Origin: the human T2T-CHM13v2.0 reference genome, Homo sapiens
Strand: one strand, 5' to 3'
Length of the DNA stretch: 64,000 bases
Assembly: GCF_009914755.1 (NCBI RefSeq)
Contig: NC_060940.1
In this document: positions 37,147 to 49,882 of the stretch, piece by piece
Position numbering within the stretch: the stretch's first letter is position 1
How the letters are laid out: each line of letters starts with the position of its first letter
Notes under the pieces: generated by a model
The model's database searches: none
The model's input: only the letters and a program-made list of their open reading frames with translations
What the model was told of the DNA's origin: nothing
Program-made: the position numbers and the translations under genes

Positions 37147-37211
37147 CAATGCAAATAGGTACAACTTTTTACAGATAATAGCTTAGATACGGGCATGATT
37201 ATTAGTCCAGC
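37147..37211 (+). repeat. Perfect inverted repeat, copy 2 (donor, in native L1 context)
   Basis: caatgcaaataggtacaac...attagtccagc. Confidence 0.97.
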
Positions 37212-37523
37212 AATGCCACTTCTAGAAGTTTTTGCTAAGGAAATAACCCTGGATATAAATAAGATTTAGCTATAAAGATGTCTGCAAACTGTTGTTTGCA
37301 ATATTCAAAACATTAAAAAATAATCCTGTATGTATACAAGAAGATTAAGCAATTATTTAAAATGTTTCTGTAGTAAATAATATTTAATAAGTATTGTCAT
37401 AATATTTTGCCAAATGAAAAAAAAGAAAGCAAAATAAAAATCTTACTAAAGATAATAATTGTAATTTATTCTATTTATTCTTTTTGCTTCTCTCTATCCA
37501 ACATTTTCTATATTAAAAAAAAT

Positions 37524-37525
<2 letters not shown>

Positions 37526-37571
<46 letters not shown>
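37526..37571. repeat. (GT)23 microsatellite
   Basis: Direct reading. Confidence 0.95.
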
Positions 37572-37574
<3 letters not shown>

Positions 37575-37847
37575 CTACCCTGGCAAGGCCTGGATTCTCT
37601 TTATTCCATTCAAGATTTGTAGAGGATTGATTTTTCTAGTGGTATCCCTCCTCCCACCTCCTCCTTCTCTTCCAAGTACCTGGTGACCGTCATCTGAGTT
37701 ATAATTTCACAGAAGCAGATTCTTCTTTTGTTTTTCTTTGTTGTTGTTCTTGGTTGATTTCAGAGATGACACAGTGTCTAGATACTTCTCTTTTGCCCTC
37801 TTTTAACTTTTTTTCATTAACATTTTAAGAAATTGCTAAAGTTCTTT

Positions 37848-38039
37848 GATCATGGCTCACTGCAGCCATGAACTCCTGGGCTCAAGTGATCCTCCCACCT
37901 CAGCCTCCCAAAAAACACCATGCATGGCTAATTTTTAATTTTTTAAGTTGATTTATTTTAATTTTTTTGGAGACAGGATCTTGCTATCTTACCCAGGCTG
38001 GTCTTGAACTCTTGGCTTCAAGTGATCCTCCCAACTCAG
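37848..38039 (-). mobile_element. Truncated AluJ
   Basis: gatcatggctcactgcagcc...ctcctgggctcaagtgatcctcccacctcagcc. Confidence 0.88.
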
Positions 38040-38821
38040 GTGATACAGAGTTGCCTAAAGCAGAAACTTGTCCTCAGCCCTGCAGCATCTTTTAGGAATG
38101 ACCTAACTTAAAGCAAAAGTGGGATGTGTGTCTATTTTCTCATCTTTTTTCTATGACTTTATACATATTTTAATGATTCAATCCATTACAATGTATTAGG
38201 TATATTTTGTAAGGCAAAATATAATTGCTTACATTTAACTTTATGAATACTAGGAGCAGCCTTCTTTACTTTCTTCTGGGCTAAACAAGAGAGAAAATCA
38301 GGGATGGATAAGTATAAAATAACTGTTTTTTTTTTTCCTGCGTATAACTGAAATTTCCAAATGTCTCTTTTTACTGATCAAGTAACTTGAATATTTATTT
38401 TTTAAAAAGATCAGGCTGATAATCAAGAATTGTGACCCTCAAACTGTAAGGATTCAAATTCTTGTAATTTCCAGCAGACAATATGAATGAGAGATGTGAA
38501 CTACATCTAAGAGGTAGTAGGGAGTGATGGCACTAGCTCTGGGTCATGTATTTGTTGAGGGAATGAAGTCTGGGTTAGTTCTAGAATTCTAAGTTTTAGA
38601 CAGAAACCTGAAATTTGACTATGTTCTATAAAATACTCAATTTTATATGTTGGCAGCTAATTTAAAAATTGAACAAATATAACTTTTATAATAAGGGGAA
38701 ATTATGTTTAAAATATGTGTTAAATAAATTAAGTTATAGCTCTTTAAAATATAGAAAATCTCCAAACGTATTCTGAGCGGTTGTGGATAATGTTACTACC
38801 AATTAGCTGGAAATACCTTTT

Positions 38822-39114
38822 ATGTTTTGTTTTGTTTTGAGAGAAGGTCTTGCTCTGTTGCCCAGGCTAACTTGCAGCGGCACAATCATAGCTCAAACTC
38901 CTGGGCTCAAGCGTTCCTCCCACCCCAACCTCCGGAGTAGCTAGGACTACAGGCACATGCCACCATGCCTGGCTAATTTTTTTTTTTTTTTTTTTTTTAG
39001 AGACAGGGTTTTGCTATGTTGCCCAGGCTGGTCTTGAACTCCTGGCTTCAAGTAATCCTCCGCCTTGGCCTCCCAAAGTGCTGAGATTACAGGTGTAAGC
39101 CACCACACCCCATC
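38822..39114 (-). mobile_element. AluJ
   Basis: Near full-length dimer with internal deletion. Confidence 0.93.
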
Positions 39115-39309
39115 TGGGGAGAACTTTAGAGTTTAATCCACATGGCCAGGGTACCTCAATTGCTGCCCATGGCAGAACTCAGCAAGACAAAGATCACCCT
39201 TCTCTATATCTCTCTCACCTCAAGACTTCAGTGTATCCTAATGAGACGGCTTTGGCAGAGGAAGCTTCTATACGAAACAAAAACATGAATCAATATTTGA
39301 ATCCTTATC

Positions 39310-39460
39310 ATGAGCCAAGCATGGTGCTGGGCACCTTATTTTCTGTAATACATTATTTTCCGTAAACCTTATAAAAATCCTATACCTAGGTACTATTATA
39401 ATTGCTACTTTATAGTTACAGAAACTGAGGCTTATAGATGGTAAATAATGCATATGGTAG
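39310..39460 (-). mobile_element. MIR fragment
   Basis: taggtactattata...gaaactgaggcttatagatggtaaataa. Confidence 0.6.
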
Positions 39461-39629
39461 TAAGAACTTCTTTTTGTTGGACTACAAATCTTATGTTCTA
39501 CCCAATGCCTTTCCACTCATTCTTTATCTTCGTGTCTGCAACTTTTTCCAGAAGGGGTCTAAAGAAGCCTGCCTTCCCCTATGAAAGCACCTTCCATGCT
39601 GATATTATACCTCATTTTCCGAAGGGAGT

Positions 39630-39835
39630 GTGGTGTGATGGCACCTAAAAATGGCACCCAGGAACACCTCCGTTCAAATACCACTCCTCGCTCTTATCAG
39701 TCAAGTGAGTTGGAATGAGTTACTTCACTTTTCAGAAGTCCAGTTTCTTAATCTATAAAATGGGAAAAATGCAACGTAATTCTGAGGCTGAGGATGAGAT
39801 AGGTGCCTCCTGCAAAGTGGAGGCTTAATAAATAC
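39630..39835 (+). mobile_element. MIR fragment
   Basis: gttcaaatacc...agttacttcacttttc...cagtttcttaatctataaaatggg. Confidence 0.65.
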
Positions 39836-40314
39836 TAGTCATTTCTCTTCCCCTGAGGAAACGTTATTACACATTGTTTATGTCACTCTAACATTGTCCT
39901 AAGAGATCTATGAAAATACGCAACTCAATTAAGCAAAGTTTGTCTCTGTAATGTACCTTAAGGAGAAAAAGATACATTGTGGGGAGTAGAGGAAAGATTA
40001 GGGAATTTTGTGGTTACAGCTCCTGGAGTTCATCTCTACCAGGCTGAGATCATCTACAGCCCAACCGTATACACCTACATCATCTACTGTCATTTGGAAC
40101 CTTAGTAAAAATACTCCCACTAATGTTCCTACTAAGTGCATTTAGAGTCTGAACTCGTTACCACCACCATCACCCAAGAAAAATAACTAATGTGTTTATT
40201 AAGGTAGGAAAGTTGTTTCAGAACAAGGTGAAAGCCATTCACCAGAAAATACAATTATCTCCCATCCCACATCAGTCTAACATCTGTAAATCTACACAAT
40301 TTATTTCCTTTAAG

Positions 40315-40480
40315 ACACTGATTTTCAACTTGGAGTCACTGAATCGATTTCAGGAGGCCCATGAACCCCATGAGATCGACTTCTATATGCATGTGCCCAT
40401 GTGCATTTTTTGAGGAGATGGCTGATTTTCTGAAATTCTCAAGGGAGTCTATTTGCCTCAAATATCTAAGACCCATTAGG
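40315..40480. mobile_element. hAT-Charlie MITE (MER103C-like)
   Basis: ttcaggaggcccatgaacccc...atgtgcattttt...attctcaagggagtc. Confidence 0.55.
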
Positions 40481-40678
40481 CTAGAAGCTTACTATCCAAA
40501 TCATACATGCTGACATCAAGAAAGACACAATTAGATAGTGGTGTGCTGATATGAAATTCAGGAGGGCATGGTCATGGATAAGGTTGTGTGTATGATTTGT
40601 GGGCATAAGTGAGTTTTATGCATTCAAATAGATGTATGAATCTTTCATGAGGAAGGTTTATTTTGAAGGGTTAGTCGT

Positions 40679-40974
40679 CTTTTTTTTTTTTTTTTCCTCT
40701 TCAGACAAGGTCTTGCTCTGTTGCCCAGGCTGGAGTGCTGCGGTGCAATCATGGCTCACTCCAGCCTCGATCTCCTGGGCCCAAGTGAACCTCCTGTCTC
40801 AACTTCTTGAGTAGCTGGGACTACAGGTGCACATCACCATGCCCAGCTAATTTCTGTAGAGATGGGGTTTTGCCATGTTGCCCAGGCTGTTCTCGAACTC
40901 CTGGGCTCAAGCAATCTGCCCTCCTCAGCCTCCCAAGGTGCTGGGATTACAGGCATGAGCCAGCATACCCAGCT
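40679..40974 (-). mobile_element. AluJ
   Basis: Full dimer with poly(T) head. Confidence 0.93.
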
Positions 40975-41734
40975 GAGACCTTAGCCTTAAAAAAAATAAG
41001 ACCTCCTTTCTTGAATTGTGAGCATTTCCTGCACTTTCTCTGCAACATCAAACAACCAAACATTCCCATCCAAGAGAAGGAATTAACCTACTACCTAATT
41101 GAAACTGTTTCAGTGATGCATCCATTTTTCTATTTAACACTCCTTTCTCTCACTTTCGCTTTTCATTTCTTGCCTGGGTTCACATGGCCCATACCTTGTC
41201 TTTTTTAATAACTGACCAAATTATTACTATTAGTAATTTGGGGAGGGGGAAGAGAAACACAAATAAGGGAAATGGGTTTCCATGGCAACCACAGCCCGGT
41301 GAGATCATTTTGAACATCCTTTCTATGACTATTTAATTAGCACTCTCCTGAGAACCTGAATCATCATTAACCCATTTATGGACCAAGTGTTCTTTTGCAG
41401 AAGGCTCTTGGGCTGATTATTTATCATTTGGGATGTCGGTTTACTGTTTTTAGAGGGCACTTGGATTTTGTGACCAGAATCAACTGACATCTATATATCT
41501 GTCTCCTGCTGAGAGTGTGTCCTGTGATTCTCCAGCATCCTTCCAGAGTTCCTTGGGTGAGGACAAATGAAAACTCATACTTTTAAGGAAGAACTAAATT
41601 AATACTTTAAAAAGCAGAATCCTCATAATGACAGTTCTACTGAGGCTAAACTCCATTCTCTTTGGAGGGGAGGAGGCAAAGGAGCAAGTATTAGTCAAAA
41701 GTGACAGGCTAGTGCCATGGTAGCAAACAGTCCC

Positions 41735-41995
41735 TCTGACGGTTAATTTTATGGGTAGACTATGGTTCTGGTCAAACTCAAGGTCCATATGTGGATGGGC
41801 TTCAGCCAAACAATTGAAGGCCTTAAGAAAAAAGACAGAGGTCTCATGATAAGGAAAGAGTTTTGCATCTAGATTGCCTTTAGACTTAAGACTGAAGCAT
41901 TGACTTCTGCTGGAATTTCTAGCCTGCTGGCCTGTCCTACAATTTCAGACTTGTCAACTCCCATATTTGCATGGGTCAAGTCCTCAAAATAAATC

Positions 41996-42080
<85 letters not shown>

Positions 42081-42090
42081 CAGTCATATT
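41735..42090 (+). mobile_element. MLT2 (MLT2D-like) ERVL LTR nested in an MLT1
   Basis: tgacggttaattttatg...ttgaaggccttaagaaaaaagacagagg...ctagcctgctggcctgtcctacaatttcagacttg. Confidence 0.8.
42001..42078. repeat. (CT)20(AT)19 compound microsatellite
   Basis: Direct reading. Confidence 0.95.
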
Positions 42091-42099
42091 AATTAATTA

Positions 42100-42370
42100 A
42101 TCACTCAGGGGTCAGTGCTAAAGGAAGCTTCACCTCAACCTGTGCTCCCGTGATCACAGTAGCAGGGGGAGAGAGTCATGGTAAATCACACAGTGGCTCC
42201 TAAAGCTTCCATCCAGAAGTGATGCCTGCTACTTTCACTTGCATTTCATTGGTCAGAGCAAATCTCATGGCTATCCTAACTTCAAAGGAGGCAAGAAGGT
42301 GCAGTCTTGCCAAGTGCTTGGAAGAAGGAAATAGAGAAATATTTGGTGAACAGCCTAATGTCTACCAATC
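42100..42370 (-). mobile_element. MaLR LTR (MLT1K/L-like); left piece near 41690-41735
   Basis: gcatttcattggtcagagcaaatctcatggctatcctaacttcaaaggagg...atatttggtgaacagc. Confidence 0.75.
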
Positions 42371-42902
42371 ATGGGTAGACATGAGTGACGCCTTTTGTTC
42401 CACTGATGTGTTCCACTGGTTAGGAAATGTGAACCAAGAAGTCAAAGCGATCTCTTTGATCCTATTGATTTTGTGATTTTTAGAAAGTGACTTAGCATAC
42501 CTGGGCATCAGTTTCCCCATCTGTTTAACAGTGGGAGCAGAAGATAACATCCCTTCTCCTTCTTCTCTCCTGTTGCTGCGGAGGAAATGGCCACCCTACT
42601 CTCAAAGGCTGTTCTCTTCCTGTGTGCTTTTATTCACACCAGATGCCCATGTGCCATACTTCATTCTATTTTCTCCCACAACCCAACTTCCAAGTCTTTA
42701 AAGAATCCTGTTGTTTCTCATTTCACATTTATTTCAACAAAGTCACATCTCTCCCTATCCTGTGCCACCACCTCATTCCAGTCTCCCATATTCTCTACCT
42801 GAGCTTCTGCAATAATCTGTAGCTAATTTCTCTGCTGCAATAGCCAATCAGCTCCTATATACTTTCCTGTAAATCCTTCATGAATAATATTAAAATGATG
42901 GA

Positions 42903-43168
42903 AGGAATATAGCTTATGGGTTAAGAAAAGAACAGGATCTGAATATGTACAGCCTGGGATTGCGTTTCTGCTCTGCCACTTGCTAGCTTCATGACCTTGC
43001 AGAATTACCTAACATTTCTGCACCTTAGTTATCTTCATCTGTAAATTGGGATAATAATAGTATTTACTTAATAGGACTCATACAAGGATTGATCTGATAC
43101 ATACAAACCGCTTATAATGTTCCCTGGCACATACTAGGCACTGTATGTGTCTGTTATTTCTATTATTA
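42903..43168 (+). mobile_element. Near full-length MIR
   Basis: ctctgccacttgctagc...atctgtaaattggggataataatagta...cctggcacatactaggcac. Confidence 0.85.
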
Positions 43169-43311
43169 ATGGAAGTTTTTGTAATAGTATTATTGTTTTC
43201 TTGCCAGTATATCTCTAGTTCCAAATATAAAATGTGACACATAGTAAGGAATCAATAATTAGTTGTTGATATAATAAATAAACCTAGATAATGAAGAAAT
43301 GAATTCATGGT

Positions 43312-43856
43312 TGTGATGGGCAGCTTCTAATCTGGCTGCCAGTGATCTCTGCCTTTTAGTTTTTATATTCTTGAGTTGGGCTGAACCTAATGACTTTCTC
43401 TGAAGAATAGAATATAGCAAAAGTGATGGGATGTCACTTCTGAGATTAGGTTACGAAGGACTGTGACTTTCTCCTTGAATCTCTTGCATCTTGCTCTCTC
43501 TCTTTCTTGCTTGCTTATTCTGATGAAGTGAGCTGTCATGTTATGAGCTGCCTATAAAGAAGCTCATTTGATAAGGAACGGAGGGCAACCCTCAGTCCAA
43601 CAGCCCCCAAGGAACTGAATCTTGTCAACAATCACAAAGTGAATTTGGTAGTGGTCCTTCACCAGTCTGGCCTGGAAACAACAGCAGCCCTGGCTGACAC
43701 CTTGATTGCAGCCTTGTGAGAATCCTTGAGCCAGAGGACCCAGCTAAGCTGCATCTAGACTCCTGACCTATGGAAATTGAGATAGTAAATATTGTTTTAA
43801 GCTACTAAATTTTGGAGCTATTTGTTACACAGCAATTAGCAATTGATAACTGATAA
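43312..43856 (+). mobile_element. MLT1F(2)-like MaLR LTR
   Basis: gaatagaatatagcaaaagtgatgggatgtcacttctgagattaggtta...ccagaggacccagctaag. Confidence 0.9.
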
Positions 43857-44049
43857 AATGATAAAGATGACAAGATATGATAGCATGCTTTGAGTACTCA
43901 GGAAGAGATTTTTTTTTTAAACCCAAGCTTCAGACAGAGGAGCCACTTCCTTGGGCTCATGGAAAATCACTGGCACCTCCAGAATCTTCCTCTTCCCTTT
44001 TTGCCTGTCTCCCCACTTCCTACTTGAGTTTTGGAGGCAAATAGAAAAT

Positions 44050-44255
44050 AATTGAAAACCTGAATCTCTTATTTTACTAACCATGTGAAGTTGGTTAAGT
44101 TACTATATTCTGGTCAAGTCGCTCTAAGCAACTTTCATCATTAATAAAATGGAGATGATGAGACTACGGTGAGGGTGATGGTGGTGAGAACCTACACATG
44201 AATAAAATACCCTACAGAGTATCCGGAACACAGCTGGTATTCAATTAATGTTGGA
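44050..44255 (+). mobile_element. MIR fragment
   Basis: tactaaccatgtgaagttggttaagttact...taaaatggagatgatg. Confidence 0.55.
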
Positions 44256-44290
44256 TCTTGTCCCTAATAACTACTAGTGACTGCTTTACA

Positions 44291-44905
44291 TTTTTTCTTT
44301 TTTTAAAAAAAGCTTTAGATTCAGGGAGTACATGTGCAGGTGTGTTGCATGGGTATATTGCATGATCCTGAAGTATGGGCTTCTATTGAGCCCATCACTC
44401 GAATAGTGAACATACTACCCAACAGTTTACTAGTTTTTCAACTCTGGAATCCCCAGTGTCTATTGTTTCCCTCTTCATGTCCATGTCTACCAATGTTTAG
44501 CTCCTGCTTATAAGTAAAAACATGTGGTACTTGATTTTCTGTTTCTGACTTAATTCATTTAGGATAATGGCCTCCAGCTGCATCCATGTTGCTGCAAAGG
44601 ACATAATTTCATTCTTCTTTATGGCTGCATAGCATTCCATGGTGTATATGTACCACATTTTCTTTATCAAATCCATTGTTGATGGGCACCTAGGTTGATT
44701 CCATGATACTGTGAATAGCGCTGTGATAAACATATAAGAACAGGTGTTTCTTTGGTAGAATGATTTCTTTTCCTTTGAGTATACACCTGGTAATTGGATT
44801 GCTGGGTCAAATAATTCTATTTTTAGTTCTTTGAGAAATCTCTAAACTGCTTTCCATAGGGGCTGAACTGATCTGCACTCCCACCAAAAGTGTACTAAGT
44901 ATTCC
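44291..44905 (-). mobile_element. L1PA15/16-like 3' end
   Basis: gtacatgtgcagg...ggcctccagctgcatccatgttgctgcaaaggac; ORF 44497-44733 WNQPRCPS...MWYIYTME is the ORF2 C-terminus. Confidence 0.92.
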
Positions 44906-45439
44906 ACCATTTTTAACCTCATTTATAACCAACACCGTCCTCAGCGTTAACATTCTTCAGAATTCAACAGAATGCAAGTGTCTTTCCTATGGAAAGAGTT
45001 CAAATGTGGTGTCTTATCAGATAGAACAAAATTATTCATTTTTGAACTCTTAGTTGGACAAATAATTTATAGTGTTCAAAGGGCAGCAAACTTCTTTAAT
45101 GCATATGAGGAATTAAAAAACAGAAAAAAAGGTTTAGTCTACCTACCAGTTCATCAGAAAACAAGTTTACTCTATGGATGGATGCGAAACTGCCTCACCC
45201 TTCCTATTCCCAATTCCCCACCTCACAAATACACACACGTTCCTGGCCACTGTGGACATGGAGAATGAAAACATTGCTCTGGAGACAAATCCTATGTGTG
45301 TGTCTAATGGGGGCTGGAGAAAAGATCACAAAACAGGTGCCATTGCTCTGAGACGGCATTGTCAGGGAACTCAGTTCCAATCCTGAAACTTAGGTCATTA
45401 GGAAAAGCAAGAAAAGGCAGAAAGTTCTCATTTACAACC

Positions 45440-45910
45440 TAAAAGCTAGCCTTTCCTGAACATCAAATGCCGCAATTAAAAACTTGCTTTTTAATAAACA
45501 CAGTCATGAGTTGGTAAAAGCCAAAGCATCATTCACATATCATTTCCTGCACCACTCAGCTCATATTAGCAGACTTAGGAAAGCATCAACCACAAACATG
45601 TTGCTGATAGAAATTTCCTAATGCAAGCAGTCTTTATAGATTTCTGCTATTTCAATGTAGGTCTCCGAGGACCATTTGAATCCATATTAATTTCCTTTCT
45701 GGCAGTTATGCGGCTGAGTATGAACTGCACTATTTCACTTTTAATCTGTCAGTAATTTAGTAATGTGTAAACTAATTATGAACAGATATTAATGTAATCG
45801 GTTTGGGGAGCTATAAAATCAATGTGTTTTTACAGACTGCATTAAAGAGAATTGCGGTGTTATAATCACATGTCAGTTACAGATAAGGTTATGGAATTAA
45901 AAAATGGATG
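45440..45910. promoter_or_regulatory. Candidate developmental enhancer (conserved-non-coding-like block)
   Basis: Unique sequence with TAATCT/CTGTCA 45742-51, TAATTA 45773, AGATAAG 45881, many TAAT cores and retained CpGs. Confidence 0.4.
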
Positions 45911-46789
45911 TCACCCCCCCTTCAAGGGGCACCCACTAACTCCATCAAATAATAAGAACATGATCTTCCCACTTTCTGGAACTATAGGAAAAATACTAAT
46001 ATCACAGCCAAACCATCCTGCTTCACTCTGACTTTGATAACATCATTTCCATGACTTCCCTTCTCCACTTCTTCCCCTTCCTCTGTTAAATAAAAACTTG
46101 CCATTCATGATTTCAAAGATGGTGTCACAGATCAGCCTTCTAGGGGTTATGTCAGTGCCTCATGGTAATGGCTTCCTTGGGCGAAGTCTGCCCTAATACA
46201 ATTTACCAGATCATTCAGCAGAGGAAAATCAGTTAACATGAACCCAGTGGTTAAGAGGGGTTACCATAGCTTTTGCAGAGTGGTTCTCCCTAGGTCTGTG
46301 ACCCTGCAAGTAGTCCAAGATATGGTCATGGGGGTGGAGGCATCTCACCACCTTGGCAGGTGTGTATGCATACAGGTTTTCTACCTCCCATAGAAGAAAT
46401 CTCACTATTCTATGATAGGTCTTGAAATTCTTAGACAGTTCTTGTCCAGTCAGGTGTTTGCATAAGTTATAGAAATGTATGTTCCCATAACTGTATTGAA
46501 GGGACTCCCCTCACCCACTCAGAGTTTATCTCTATTTGTCTCCTTCTAAAGACTTAGGCCTTTCTCTTTTGTAGCCCTAAATATAAAGTTTATAGTAGAA
46601 TGCGTCATCCTCTGGCAAACTGAAGAGTTCCAGCATCAGCCTTGCACTTTAGCAAGCCTGTGGCTATGGAAAGGAAAGAAGACTAAGATGGCAGATAGAA
46701 TTTCAGCTCTAGATGTACAACTTGGAGCCATGCTGAAAGATAGGTCTAAGATAATCATGATTCTCACATTCCCTAGAGGTGTAGTTGCC

Positions 46790-46915
46790 TTAACACTTGG
46801 AACCTCACTTTCCTAATTTGTAAAACAGGATGGTAATACAATTCTGTACTTCACGGAGAATAAAATGAAGATTGCGCCACGTTTGGGTCATAGTAAATGT
46901 TCAATAAAGTAGCTA
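46790..46915 (+). mobile_element. MIR fragment
   Basis: cctcactttcctaatttgtaaaacaggatggtaata...catagtaaatgttcaataaa. Confidence 0.6.
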
Positions 46916-48048
46916 GTAGCAGGCGGAGGAGTAATAATGCTCATTTGACTCCATGGGTCTACTTGCTTTTCTCTTGTTATTTTACAAGAGTTAAATAGGT
47001 AATCTCTAAAGTCCCTTCCCAGCAGTAAATCTGAGGTGTTGCAACTAGCTGCATCAACAGTCCACTTGCAAAGAGGATTCCATGTGGAAGAAGGTTGGTT
47101 AAGGATCTTCCCACATAACTTCTCCCATCCACACATCTATCCATCCTCATCACTAATCCCTGCCTGTGATGCTACATTGCCTCATGGTTTGGCTTCCATT
47201 TATATCCATCCTTCCTCTAACCATCTAAAATCTCTTGAGTAACTCACACTCATTTAATGGGCTTACTATTTACTCCCCAAATACTTATTACACCTACTAA
47301 GGCAGGAAATGTTCATATCGATCAAGTATGGCTCCAGCTTTATTAGAGATAATTGCCTATTAGCAAGATAAGAAGAGTCTACAATAACTATAATTTATTA
47401 TCAACACCTTCCAAATCCCTCTTTGCATTGACTGAAGTCTGAAATTCCTCATACAATGCCATTTTCTCTAATACCTTCTCCAAAGGAGTCTGTGTCTCCC
47501 TTCACTTGCCCATGTGCTGTGTGGCCACTTATATAACACTCTTTGCCACTTACATATAATATTTCCCATTTTAACTTTACACACTCCACCTTTCCCCATT
47601 CCCAAATTTCCACAGTCCCCAAATGGATTGTGTGACAATCTCCAAAAACCATACCCACAGTGATATTTTTAGAACCTGCTGCAAAGTTTTTTCTGCCACT
47701 CCATCCTCTCATCATTGCTCACAATTCCAATATGCACCTACTTAGCTGACTTTCTTCTCTATCTGGCCTCATTATGCCTTGATTCCAATGAATGTCAACC
47801 ACAAGCCACAAGGCCAACTACTGGCCAACTACCCTGGTCATCATTAAATGAGATAATGTATATAAGCTACAAAGAATGTGCCTGATGCATAGCAAGCACT
47901 CAATACTGTCAGCTGCACACCCTTCCCCCCAGCTTTTTGTTATTTAGTCTAATAGCTGTCATGTCCACTAGAAACTTGTTGACACACAGCTTCCAGAGGA
48001 GGTTCTTGGGGACAACATTTGTCTACTGTCCTGGAAGCTGAGGGCGTA

Positions 48049-48346
48049 TTTTCTTTTCTTTTTTTTTTGAGATGGAGTCTCACTTTGTCCCCCAGGTGCA
48101 ATCTCCGCTCACCGCAAGCTCTGCCTCCCGGGTTCACACCATTCTCCTGCCTCAGCCTTCTGAGCAGCTGGGACTACAGGCATCTGCCACCATACCCAGC
48201 TAATTTTTTTTTCTTTTTTTTGTATTTTTGGTAGAGAAGGGGTTTCACCATGTTAGCCATGATGGTCTCAATCTCCTGACCTTGTAATCTGTCCGCCTCG
48301 GCCTCCCAAAGTGCTGGGATTACAGGCGTGAGCCACCGTTCCTGGC
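48049..48346 (-). mobile_element. AluY-like with small internal deletion
   Basis: gcaagctctgcctcccgggttcacaccattctc; TSD TGAGG(GCG/ACA)TATTTT at 48039-52 and 48347-60. Confidence 0.95.
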
Positions 48347-49712
48347 TGAGGACATATTTTCAGAAGGAGAGCATTGGTGGTCACTGTCCAGAATCATTAA
48401 CATCCCATTATAAAAATCAAATACCACTCAGAGTCCAGAAAACAGATTAGCATTTCTTTACAAATATGTTTAACTTTTATGAAATCAACTTGAGGTCCTT
48501 GACCAAAAATGCAAAAACAGAAAGAGAAGAACACAGAAACACAGTAATTTAAAATATTGTAAACATAGATTTTGCATGGGCAATCTTTTTTATATGAATA
48601 TATATGGTAATTATTTGTACACATACAATATTGTACAGGGTTACAAATTCAACATTATAAAACTGTTCCCTAGGGGTCATTTAGGAGATCTGCAAGTGTA
48701 ATTTTGGTCATATCTAACTGCTGTCTTTAGACTCTAGTCCACATCAAACATACTGTCTCATCATAATTCATTTTGGGGTACCTTTTTTTTTAGCATGTTG
48801 GTGGAAGTCAAGAAAAGATTTCAGACCAGGTTGCAGTCAACCAGAAGCTGGCATTATCCTAAATCCCTCTCACTACATGGATCTCAGTAAACCATGGTCG
48901 TTAATTGGCTTCATTGCTTTTTCTCAGACACTATGTGTAATGAGACCCCATGCTTCACCAGGAAGGTGCTGAGAGAGGTCACTACCCTGAGATGATTTGT
49001 CTCCTCTCTCTTTCCTTACTCACGTTTCTTCAGGTGAAATGGAGGGTCTGGTCTGTTTATGCCTACTTACACCTGACAACATGATTATCCTCTCCAACCA
49101 TCCTCTTGGCTGTTGAAAGTCAGCTGTTATCAGGATTCATATGTGATTTCTCTTCTTTGCAACAATCACTTGAAGCTGGTCCTGAAATAATTGCCAATAA
49201 TAAATGTATCCAGGCAGAAGCCTTCACATCTTGGACTAAGGGAAGTTAAGGCAATGGCGTTTTCATTCTCTCATCAAGAATGTCTCCGAGGACAGCTTTT
49301 CCTGTGCCAAGTTAGTAAGAAATAAGCCCCAGAGAGTTCTATGTTATGATTGTCAGGACGCGGATTATTGAGAAAGGAATTAGAATCAACTCTGGCAGAG
49401 GAAATTTGAGAGGCTGAGGGGATTCTTGGGCAATGAGGACTTTTATGGTGAATGGTTTGGGTTGCAGCTTTAGCTCTTTTGCTCTGCTTCACTGTTGGAG
49501 TTATGGACTTTAGATTTTTATCAAGAGTAATTCATGCACTACTAAAAAACTGCACAGCTGAGTTCTTCATCTGAGAAAACATTGGCAATTAAAAAATTTG
49601 AAGCACCTAGATTCAGTTTATCTTGAGCAATCTAGGAATACCCCCAAAGCACTGAATTTGAAGTCAACAGACCTTGGTTCAAATCCATCACTGTTGCCTT
49701 GTACATATTGAC

Positions 49713-49882
49713 CAGTGCTGTCCAATATGGCAGACACTAGTCACAGGGTCCTTTTAAAATTTAAATTTAAGTTAGTTATAATTAAATACAATTACAAATT
49801 CAATTTTGAGGTACACCACCCATATTTCAAGTGCTCAGTGGCCCCCGTGTCTTGGTGCTACCATGTGGACACCCAAGCTCTA
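49713..49882. mobile_element. MER3 hAT-Charlie MITE nested in a MIR (about 49645-50020)
   Basis: cagtgctgtccaatatggcagacactagtcac...atttcaagtgctcagtggc. Confidence 0.75.

Larger units (their letters stand above)
34720..37510 (+). mobile_element. Ancient L1M ORF2/3' relic, interrupted by an LTR, an Alu, a microsatellite and MLT2A
   Basis: Colinear degraded ORF2 motifs: ctccccaaatta..., aatgaaacggaatagaagtcctagaaata, ttctcacacactgctg...ggtacaacttt, ccagcaatgccacttctag. Confidence 0.6.

Noticed and set aside
40807-41208. 133-aa ORF
   Set aside because: The N-terminal half is antisense Alu translation (SSWDYR...LPRCWDYR), a classic artefact.
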